In this document: piece by piece, positions 1-6,551 of the stretch
Position numbering within the stretch: position 1 is the first letter of the stretch
Layout: the number at the start of each line of letters is the position of its first letter
Position numbers and translations under genes: made by a program
Origin: Escherichia phage PECP14
Length of the DNA stretch: 64,000 bases
Direction: 5' to 3' (one strand)
Sequence record: OQ870555.1
Notes under the pieces: generated by a model
The model's database searches: none
What the model was told of the DNA's origin: nothing
Seen by the model: the letters and a program-made list of their open reading frames with translations, nothing else

Positions 1-9
1 AAAATTCAT

Positions 10-127
10 TGTCGGATTCGCACATATAAAAAATATTTCCCATCGGATTTGCACACTACCAAAAATTGTCGGATTCGCACATGCACGCTGGCACGTAATC
101 CGTGGGGGCAAATGTCGGATTTGCACA
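10..127. repeat. Four dispersed copies of a 15-bp motif TGTCGGATT(C/T)GCACA (10-24, 41-55, 67-81, 113-127)
   Basis: Read directly: near-identical 15-mers at four positions in non-coding DNA at the window start; candidate protein-binding sites. Confidence 0.8.
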
Positions 128-166
128 AAAGCGCAGGGCAAATAGAAAATGCCCTGCCTGCCGAAA

Positions 167-307
167 TGCGAATGATAATGAGATTGATTCGCATTTGAGA
201 AATTGAACGCGAATGAGAATGATTCGCGTTTAGAAAGCGGAATGAGAATGGTTATCATTTACAGAATTGAATGAGAGTGATTTGCATAATGAGAATGATC
301 TGCATTT
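167..307. repeat. Five tandem imperfect hairpin repeats, unit about GCGAATGAGAATGATTCGC(A/G)TTT
   Basis: Read directly: copies at 167-195, 208-230, 236-259, 268-286, 288-307; each contains the short palindrome GCGAAT...ATTCGC; not CRISPR-like (no uniform spacers). Confidence 0.8.
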
Positions 308-339
308 AGGAGGGGAAGTGAGAAACACTGTTATTTAAG

Positions 340-348
340 TTATCCACA
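340..348 (+). promoter_or_regulatory. DnaA box (TTATCCACA, perfect 9-mer consensus)
   Basis: Exact match to E. coli DnaA box consensus TTATNCACA; part of a 24-bp direct repeat GTTATCCACAGnnTTATnAACAG (339-362 and 400-423). Confidence 0.6.
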
Positions 349-400
349 GGTTTATTAACAGCACGATTTGACTTGACAAAATCCTAGCGATTTTGAGGCG

Positions 401-409
401 TTATCCACA
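401..409 (+). promoter_or_regulatory. DnaA box (TTATCCACA)
   Basis: Exact consensus 9-mer; lies inside the left arm of the 47-bp inverted repeat. Confidence 0.6.
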
Positions 410-447
410 GACTTATCAACAGGTTATTCTACTGTATAAATATACAG
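401..447. repeat. Left arm of a 47-bp inverted repeat (partner 4040-4086)
   Basis: Reverse complement of 4040-4086 equals 401-447 with 2 mismatches; each arm contains a DnaA box plus the LexA-like palindrome. Confidence 0.85.
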
Positions 448-449
448 TA
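430..449. promoter_or_regulatory. LexA (SOS) box-like palindrome TACTGTATAAATATACAGTA
   Basis: CTGT-N8-ACAG with an AT-only centre; 19/20 match to the ideal palindromic LexA operator TACTGTATATATATACAGTA. Function inferred, not demonstrated. Confidence 0.5.
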
Positions 450-561
450 TTCCTGCGTAGTGAATAACTCTAATATAGCTCTAAAACGCTCTATAACGCA
501 TTCTAACGCGTTTATTTTTGGGGGAGGTATTTTAATAAGGGGAAATTTGTTTGCAGGCAGA

Positions 562-590
562 AAAGGCGGGGCCGATAGTTGCGCCCCGTT
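562..590 (-). terminator. Rho-independent terminator-like hairpin (CGGGGC...GCCCCG) downstream of leftward gene 595-834
   Basis: GC-rich stem followed on the minus strand by CCTTTTCT; shares the motif CGCCCCGTTATTA with the hairpin at 1862-1885. Confidence 0.5.
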
Positions 591-594
591 ATTA

Positions 595-834
595 TTAGTC
601 TGCTATGTATTCCTTCTCGTAGTCGTCAAAGATCTGGACGGTTTCGGCTGGCGTATATCCATATGAATCAAAATGCGTACATGTTGAAACTGAATTGATC
701 CACGCCCCTAGCGCCGCCGTACTAGCTCCGCTTTTCTGCATTTCTAAAAATTGCGCATATTGCGCATCAGTTAAATGATGCTGCATAATATCGGTTTCTT
801 TACGTTCTACATATCGTAAAATTCTTACAGCCAT
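595..834 (-). CDS. hypothetical pre-early protein (79 aa)
   Basis: ORF in the leftward tandem array, followed by a terminator hairpin; no recognisable motif. Confidence 0.5.
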   Translation of the reverse strand: MAVRILRYVERKETDIMQHHLTDAQYAQFLEMQKSGASTAALGAWINSVSTCTHFDSYGYTPAETVQIFDDYEKEYIAD

Positions 835-961
835 GCCATTGCTCCTAGAATGAGAATGATTATCAATATCATTGTAAAGCCATTACCAAATCGTAAACGC
901 TGGGAATGTTTCCCAGCGGTATTATTAGATTTATGACTTTGTGTTTTTCGCCACCAGCTAT

Positions 962-1174
962 TCACGGTTTTAAATTCTCTATAGTTAATTTTGCGCGAAT
1001 AGTGATTCCATATAATTCGCCTCCCTTGTTTCTTACATCAGGTAGCCAGTCCCACAATTCAGAGTATCCGCTTAAAATTCCTAGCGATGCAAGATTAGCA
1101 ATAAAACCGGCTATAGTAACCGCTTCCAGTGAAATAGTTACACGATTATTAATAACTAAAGTAAACTTTTTCAT
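962..1174 (-). CDS. hypothetical protein (70 aa)
   Basis: ORF in the leftward array; 4-nt stop/start overlap with the upstream gene 1171-1515 suggests translational coupling. Confidence 0.45.
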   Translation of the reverse strand: MKKFTLVINNRVTISLEAVTIAGFIANLASLGILSGYSELWDWLPDVRNKGGELYGITIRAKLTIENLKP

Positions 1175-1515
1175 TGCGCTACCTTTCGAAACGCTGTTTC
1201 GATACTTTCAGCGGTTGATTGAATATATGCGCCTTTCATAATCAGGCGCTCCGTACATACTTTGCGGAAAATGTCAATAAATTCATTTTCATTTTCTGCT
1301 ACTAATGGCTCTCCCATAACCTGAATATCGCATGAGTTAAAAGTAAGAAACTGAAAGGCAAGCTCGCGAGCGACAACGGCATTAATCTTATAATGTGCTT
1401 TTCCTTCATAGATATTAACCACGCCTTTATAAACTGGTGAAAGCTGATTTAAATAGTTTGCTAATAATGCCGGACGGCAATTAGTAACAAAACGATTACC
1501 CTCGTAAATAACCAT
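1171..1515 (-). CDS. hypothetical protein (114 aa)
   Basis: ORF in the leftward array; coupled to 962-1174. Confidence 0.5.
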   Translation of the reverse strand: MVIYEGNRFVTNCRPALLANYLNQLSPVYKGVVNIYEGKAHYKINAVVARELAFQFLTFNSCDIQVMGEPLVAENENEFIDIFRKVCTERLIMKGAYIQSTAESIETAFRKVAQ

Positions 1516-1624
1516 TTGTCAAGCTCCTAAAGCTGGGAAAATATCAGGTACATTTTTAAAACAAATGCAGCGAATGAGCAAACAACGCCAACGGTAGCAA
1601 ACGCTAGAGCAATATATAAGGATC

Positions 1625-1843
1625 TCATAATACCCCACGAAAAGCAGCGTAAAAGGTGGCAAAGTGTTTAACCGTTTCGGCTACCAAATTTCCGCGCTTG
1701 TCAAATTTCTTTTCAGTAACACGAAACGCGTTTTTGTTGCGTGCTACATATTCGATTTTACAATCTGGACGCTCAAACGTGTTAACATCCACCAGCTTAA
1801 AACCTTTAGAACGGGCAAGGGAAACATTCTTTAACATTTGCAT
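1625..1843 (-). CDS. hypothetical protein (about 72 aa; start refined to internal ATG preceded by AGGAG)
   Basis: The listed ORF 1625-1930 runs through the hairpin at 1862-1885; the internal Met at 1843 has an AGGAG ribosome-binding site. Confidence 0.4.
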   Translation of the reverse strand: MQMLKNVSLARSKGFKLVDVNTFERPDCKIEYVARNKNAFRVTEKKFDKRGNLVAETVKHFATFYAAFRGVL

Positions 1844-1861
1844 GACTCCTAGTAAGGGAAT

Positions 1862-1885
1862 GAGGGGCGAAAGTAACGCCCCGTT
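1862..1885 (-). terminator. Hairpin GGGGCG-N7-CGCCCC between leftward genes
   Basis: GC stem read directly; the downstream T-run is weak, so this may be an attenuator or processing site. Confidence 0.35.
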
Positions 1886-1890
1886 ATTAA

Positions 1891-2121
1891 TTACATTAAA
1901 ACAATTTTCGCCGCTTGCTTTTTGGTGCAATGTTCTGATTTCAACGTGTCCAGCAAAAATCCGGCGGTTTGCTGGTCAATCTGATCATTATCATAAAGCG
2001 CCTGAATAGTAACATAAGTTTTACCTATCCCAAATTCCGAAACCATTTGATCAATGATCCAGCGATTAGATACCCAACCTTTACCAGTGAAAAGAGAGTC
2101 AGAAGAAGAGAAAGCAACCAT
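1891..2121 (-). CDS. hypothetical protein (about 76 aa)
   Basis: ORF with GGAGG 9 nt upstream of the ATG at 2121. Confidence 0.45.
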   Translation of the reverse strand: MVAFSSSDSLFTGKGWVSNRWIIDQMVSEFGIGKTYVTIQALYDNDQIDQQTAGFLLDTLKSEHCTKKQAAKIVLM

Positions 2122-2230
2122 TTTTAACGCCTCCAAAAAATTTTGGGAAAATTTTCAATCCACCGTTTCGGTGTAAAGGCATTATAACAAAAAAGGCCGC
2201 CGATTAAGGCGACCTTTACAAAACTTTACA

Positions 2231-2725
2231 TTAGACTATTTCTAATGCTTCAATGTTGAAACAGCGTTTTAATTCTTTCTGTAAAACGGCATATTCATCC
2301 CAACGGGAATTATCAGGAATATAAACAAGCTGTTTTAATCGATTTGCGTATAATAACGCCTTGTTACCAATTATTTCCGCGCCACCGTGTTTAATAATTA
2401 GTTTCATAACGGTATTAATAGGATCGCCGCCATTTACATAAGTACCAGACTTACTCAATTGATAATGATAAAGACTCGCATATACATTATCATTTTCAAT
2501 CCATTCCCCTGTTTCTTCATCTTCTTCCCCATCGCTACCGAAACGAGAAGCATTATCATATGCGTGTTCGTTTGCGAAAGCGTCCAGATCACAGCCAGCG
2601 GGAACAAAATGTTCCTCCGTCCAGCCCTCCCCGCAATAGCCAGTATGACAATCAACTAAAACGATCATATCGTGTTTAGCTTCATTCACACTTTCTAGCG
2701 AAAAGCCATATTTTTCTTCTGACAT
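2231..2725 (-). CDS. hypothetical acidic protein (164 aa) with Cys cluster (CHTGYCGEGW...GCD)
   Basis: ORF; acidic run SDGEEDEETGEW; function unknown. Confidence 0.55.
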   Translation of the reverse strand: MSEEKYGFSLESVNEAKHDMIVLVDCHTGYCGEGWTEEHFVPAGCDLDAFANEHAYDNASRFGSDGEEDEETGEWIENDNVYASLYHYQLSKSGTYVNGGDPINTVMKLIIKHGGAEIIGNKALLYANRLKQLVYIPDNSRWDEYAVLQKELKRCFNIEALEIV

Positions 2726-2761
2726 AATTAGTCTCCTAACAATTAACAGGGAAATAGTAAA

Positions 2762-2779
2762 GCGGGGAATAATCCCCGC
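2762..2779 (-). terminator. Hairpin GCGGGGA-ATAA-TCCCCGC (same hairpin as 6168-6185)
   Basis: Perfect 7-bp GC stem; on the minus strand followed by TTTACTATTT; sits between leftward genes 2789-3790 and 2231-2725. Confidence 0.5.
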
Positions 2780-2788
2780 TAGTAATTA

Positions 2789-3790
2789 TTATTCTGTTTC
2801 GGCGCTTTGAGTAAAGGTAGAAATGTCAATACCTTTTACCATTTCATCGATCATTTCAGCAATATTGAAACTCTGTACCATTTCCAACATTGCCGCTTCC
2901 ATTGCCGCGCCTGCTACCGCTTTCGCTTTCGCATTAGTCGGGGCGTACTGGTCAACCGCTACACTCAGCAGGTTAGCGATCACTACACGACCAATCGGCG
3001 TATCAATATAACCTTTAATCATAAACGGCGCTTTTTTCGCCGCTACTTTTGTGATTTGAGTCAGTGCAATTTTACCTGCTTCCAGTTTAGCAGCGTTAAC
3101 AACGGCGGATTTATTAGCGGCAACGATAGAAGATACTTTAGACATAATATTTCCTTTATTTTCAGTAGTTTGCGCATTTGCGCTTGAAGTTTGAGAGTTT
3201 ACAGCCTGTTTTGTTACGTTGTCAAGCGGTAAAAGTGTAAATCCAGCGTTTGCAACGTTTGATTCATTCCCATACTCTAAATAATCGTTAGGGATCAACA
3301 TGTTACCGCTAGCGCGTTCAAAACACAATACGCCAGTTGTTTCGATTGCGTCACTATCAGCACCTTTATAACTGGATGATAATTCACGCCAGATACTATT
3401 TAATAACGATCCGACACTATCAAGTCTGATACTATTTACTTTTGTTGCTGTTACCTGCTCTTTTTCTTGCACGTTATATAATCGCGCAATGTAACCATTA
3501 TGAGACTCACTATAACCAACAATGATAAAATCAATATCAGTTCCCCGACTATTACGGAAAATGTGATAATCACGGTTGAAAATTACTAGCGCCCTTGTCT
3601 GGTCTAGTAATAGCGTGAAATCATCAACTGAATAATGAGTATCATTATTGTCTAAAATTTCATCGTGAATCTTTTCTACAATAGTAGCGGTATGTTGTAC
3701 GCTTGCCGCACTACTACCATCTAGCAGGTTGCGCAAACTACCCTTAATAATAGTGGCGTTTGCTGGTACTGCAATTCTTACAGTAGACAT
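2789..3790 (-). CDS. hypothetical pre-early protein (333 aa)
   Basis: Long ORF with GAGGGAG upstream of the ATG; first gene of the leftward block; no motif recognised. Confidence 0.6.
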   Translation of the reverse strand: MSTVRIAVPANATIIKGSLRNLLDGSSAASVQHTATIVEKIHDEILDNNDTHYSVDDFTLLLDQTRALVIFNRDYHIFRNSRGTDIDFIIVGYSESHNGYIARLYNVQEKEQVTATKVNSIRLDSVGSLLNSIWRELSSSYKGADSDAIETTGVLCFERASGNMLIPNDYLEYGNESNVANAGFTLLPLDNVTKQAVNSQTSSANAQTTENKGNIMSKVSSIVAANKSAVVNAAKLEAGKIALTQITKVAAKKAPFMIKGYIDTPIGRVVIANLLSVAVDQYAPTNAKAKAVAGAAMEAAMLEMVQSFNIAEMIDEMVKGIDISTFTQSAETE

Positions 3791-4039
3791 TTCTTTGTCT
3801 CCCTCGTTAATCGGTGAGTGAATGATATAGATAATTGTTCGCTAGGGGCAAGAAAAAAGAAAAGGTTTTTTATTCCTTGCCTACTGCCTGTTTTTATGAT
3901 AGCCGCGCGTTTTCTATTTCTAGCTCTCTGTAAGCGTACACAAGGCTTTATTATAATAAGGGTAGCAGTGAGAAAACGCCGTGTAGCGCGTTCTAGGCCG
4001 CTTAAATTTGATTGCGGTTGTTACTGCTACCTATTTACC

Positions 4040-4055
4040 CTGTATATTTATACAG
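4040..4055. promoter_or_regulatory. LexA box-like palindrome CTGTATATTTATACAG
   Basis: CTGT-N8-ACAG with AT-only centre; mirror copy of the 430-449 element. Confidence 0.5.
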
Positions 4056-4077
4056 TAGAATAACCTGTATATAAGTC

Positions 4078-4086
4078 TGTGGATAA
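4078..4086 (-). promoter_or_regulatory. DnaA box (TGTGGATAA = TTATCCACA on the minus strand)
   Basis: Exact consensus 9-mer in inverted orientation. Confidence 0.6.
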
Positions 4087-4126
4087 GTCGCCAAAACGTC
4101 GCCTATTGCGTCAAGTTATTTTGTGC

Positions 4127-4135
4127 TGTGGATAA
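4127..4135 (-). promoter_or_regulatory. DnaA box (TGTGGATAA)
   Basis: Exact consensus 9-mer; a fifth 8/9 copy (AGTGGATAA) lies at 4411-4419. Confidence 0.55.
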
Positions 4136-4880
4136 CTTTGTGCATAACCTAAATGATAGTGGTTCTCACTTAGTCGATAGTTTCTTATAGTTATTATTTC
4201 TCTTTAATTTATAAGTATATTATATAATATGAAATAGTTAGTTGGCTAATAGGTTTTTAGAGTATTAATAGTCTGCTAACTGTTTCAGCTGTTACAATCC
4301 ACCAGCGTGATTATCCTCCTAGCGATTGTTAGTATGCTAATGGTCTGATACACGTCCAGACTTATTTGTCAATGAAAAATAACAGCAGAAAATACTTTTT
4401 TGAAAAATCAAGTGGATAACTCATTAAATTTCATTTTTGCTTTTTGTATAAGTTATTAACAGGGTCTAAAACGCTCTGTAAGCGATTCTAAGCGCCTCAA
4501 AGGAAAAGCTAGGCAAGTGCATTGCCTACTAGCCGTTATCGCCACTATGAGGATTTTAGATTTTGTCAAGTAGGGCAAAGCAAATATAAATGAAAAAATT
4601 ACTTGCTAAAATGGTTGTTTTGGTGTTATTCGCGCGCCCATTTCATTAAATTTAGTGCGCCGCTGGACGTTTGCGGGTAGTGGTTTTCTTTACGTTTCTT
4701 TACAAAAATACGCTTGCGCCATTTTCGGGAATAACCTATTATTTATCTCGTAGGACGGCGGGACGGAAACGAAACGCAAGATTACACGGCGGGGAAGTTT
4801 ACCGCCATGCTCTTTAAAAACTAGGGAACATCTTAAAGCCTATCGGCGGTAAACTTATATAATATAAGGAATCGACGATA

Positions 4881-5099
4881 ATGATCAAATCAAAAAACGC
4901 TTTAGTGATTAGTGCGAAACCTGCTAGCGCATTAGATAGCAGAACAAAAAATTTGTTGACAGTAGCGCAACGATCTGTAAAATACAGATTCAAGCAATAC
5001 AAGAAAGGTAAGCAGCAAGGTCTGGAAATGGTGTGGCGTAATATAATGATTGATTTATATAACTCCCATCAAATCGAAAAAAGTTTAAAAAACGCTTGA
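4881..5099 (+). CDS. hypothetical small basic protein (72 aa), doubtful
   Basis: ORF bracketed by a 23-bp inverted repeat; contains an internal TTGACA-N16-TAAAAT promoter-like sequence, so it may be non-coding. Confidence 0.25.
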   Translation: MIKSKNALVISAKPASALDSRTKNLLTVAQRSVKYRFKQYKKGKQQGLEMVWRNIMIDLYNSHQIEKSLKNA

Positions 5100-5263
5100 C
5101 ACGCTAGCCGATAGGTTTTAAGATGTTCCCCGTAGTAACTGCTCTTTAAAAATTTGGATAACGGTAATGTTTAGGCTAACTCCTAGCGGATTATAATCTA
5201 ATAGCGTTTCAAAGTATCGAGGCGCTATTGTGGAATAATCCCCAATAAACCGGAGTATTAAAA

Positions 5264-5515
5264 ATGCAAAACGTTATTACCGCGCCGAAAGTAGGTCAAT
5301 CTGTTTTCATTCCTTTTGTAACTAAAACTGATGAATTAACCGGAAAAGCCGAACGTATCAAAGGTGCGGCGCTTGATCCCTTTGATAAGATTGAAGCGGT
5401 CTATGCGGAAACGGAACGCAGTAACAACGGCAAGCCTATTTATAACGTCCGTGTTAAATCTGGCGACGTTGTAAAGGTCATTCAGAAAGATGATAAATGG
5501 CAAGCTATCGCCTAA
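5264..5515 (+). CDS. hypothetical protein (83 aa)
   Basis: ORF preceded by the conserved initiation region ACCGGAGTATTAAAAATG, which recurs at 6200-6218. Confidence 0.5.
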   Translation: MQNVITAPKVGQSVFIPFVTKTDELTGKAERIKGAALDPFDKIEAVYAETERSNNGKPIYNVRVKSGDVVKVIQKDDKWQAIA

Positions 5516-5740
5516 TAGCTTATTAATAACCCGCGCCTTTAATCGGCGTAAATAAATAAGGCTAGCGCCTCATGTTAGATTTTCGATATATTAACCATGT
5601 AGTGTGAACAATGTTATGGCACACAATTTAAACTTATATGATTAGTGTTACTTTTATATTCCCCTGAAATATGGGGAATATATGGATTAACATTAGTTAA
5701 TCATAATCCCTTAATTAATAATTGAATGGAGTATTAAATT

Positions 5741-6157
5741 ATGTCTAACGTTAAAACCGAAAAAACCGCAAAATTCTCTTGGAACGAAGAAAACACTGAA
5801 AAAGCTGTTTCTATGTATTCTGAAATGGTCGCTAAAAGCGGAATTGAATTTGCTAACAGTGACGGCTTGAAAGAAATCGCCGCCGCCGTTGGTGCTGCTA
5901 GTCCGGTGTCTGTACGTTCTAAATTGACCAGTGCAAAAGCCTACCAGAAAAGCGATAAACCGCGTAAAGTTGGCGGCGGGTCTAGTATCCGTAAAGCTCA
6001 CTATGTGCGCGTCATTGCTAAACATGCCATTGATAGCGGCATTGTAAAAGATGCCGATGATCTGGCAAGTCTGGAAAGTGCAAAACTTGAAACGCTGGAC
6101 GCCGTAGCGCAATTGTTAGGCGTAGCGGAGGAAGTAAAACAGGCCGCAGGTGAATAA
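5741..6157 (+). CDS. hypothetical protein (138 aa)
   Basis: ORF with AATGGAG upstream of the start and a terminator hairpin downstream. Confidence 0.55.
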   Translation: MSNVKTEKTAKFSWNEENTEKAVSMYSEMVAKSGIEFANSDGLKEIAAAVGAASPVSVRSKLTSAKAYQKSDKPRKVGGGSSIRKAHYVRVIAKHAIDSGIVKDADDLASLESAKLETLDAVAQLLGVAEEVKQAAGE

Positions 6158-6167
6158 ATTTTAATTA

Positions 6168-6185
6168 GCGGGGAATAATCCCCGC
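6168..6185 (+). terminator. Hairpin GCGGGGA-ATAA-TCCCCGC after gene 5741-6157
   Basis: Identical hairpin to 2762-2779; followed by TATAATTTCCCTTT. Confidence 0.5.
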
Positions 6186-6215
6186 TATAATTTCCCTTTG
6201 ACCGGAGTTATTAAA

Positions 6216-6443
6216 ATGATCTTCTTTCCTAGTGAAGCGTTTATTTTAGGTTTATTTATAGTTGCCGCTATATTTATATTTAATTACGGCAAATATATAA
6301 TCTCTATTATCGGCATTAATTCAGCTTATGCCGCTGATATGTTTAAACGTCAAGCTAATAAACAAAAATATCTAGCGATTATATTTTTAACGCTGGCTAT
6401 CAGTTGCGGTTTTAGTTCTAGTCTTATGCCAATTCTAGAATAA
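6216..6443 (+). CDS. small membrane protein (about 75 aa, two predicted transmembrane helices)
   Basis: Hydrophobic stretches FILGLFIVAAIFIF and LAIIFLTLAISCGF; start taken at the ATG preceded by ACCGGAGTTATTAAA. Confidence 0.5.
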   Translation: MIFFPSEAFILGLFIVAAIFIFNYGKYIISIIGINSAYAADMFKRQANKQKYLAIIFLTLAISCGFSSSLMPILE

Positions 6444-6551
6444 TATTGCAAATTATAACGCCTTTTAAATTGTCCTCACTTCAGGCAAGGCGTTATATTT
6501 GGCAATATTGCCAGTATTAATATTTATCCCTTTATAGGAGTTGATTTAGTT

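Larger units (their letters stand above)
4040..4086. repeat. Right arm of the 47-bp inverted repeat (partner 401-447)
   Basis: See left arm; the two arms bracket the leftward gene block 595-3790. Confidence 0.85.

Noticed and set aside
6-194. ORF of 62 aa on the minus strand inside the repeat arrays at the window start
   Set aside because: Lies entirely within short dispersed and tandem repeats, has no ribosome-binding site and a low-complexity translation; most likely a chance frame.
167-307. Possible CRISPR array
   Set aside because: Repeat units are imperfect, of variable length and lack unique spacers of uniform size; the pattern is tandem hairpin repeats, not a CRISPR.
460-666. ORF of 68 aa on the plus strand
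   Set aside because: Runs through the terminator hairpin at 562-590 and overlaps the 3' end of gene 595-834 on the opposite strand; Gly-rich, non-protein-like translation.
2807-3187. Plus-strand ORFs opposite the 333-aa pre-early gene; likewise 5711-6112 on the minus strand opposite 5741-6157
   Set aside because: Mirror-frame ORFs with Phe/Arg/Cys-rich composition and no initiation signals.
3818-4063. ORF of 81 aa on the plus strand
   Set aside because: Sits in the promoter/repeat region upstream of gene 2789-3790 and ends inside the LexA-like palindrome; no ribosome-binding site.
401-4086. The inverted repeats as ends of a mobile element or invertible segment
   Set aside because: No recombinase, transposase or integrase motif in the seven enclosed genes and no target-site duplication; the arms carry host-factor binding sites, so a regulatory role is more economical.
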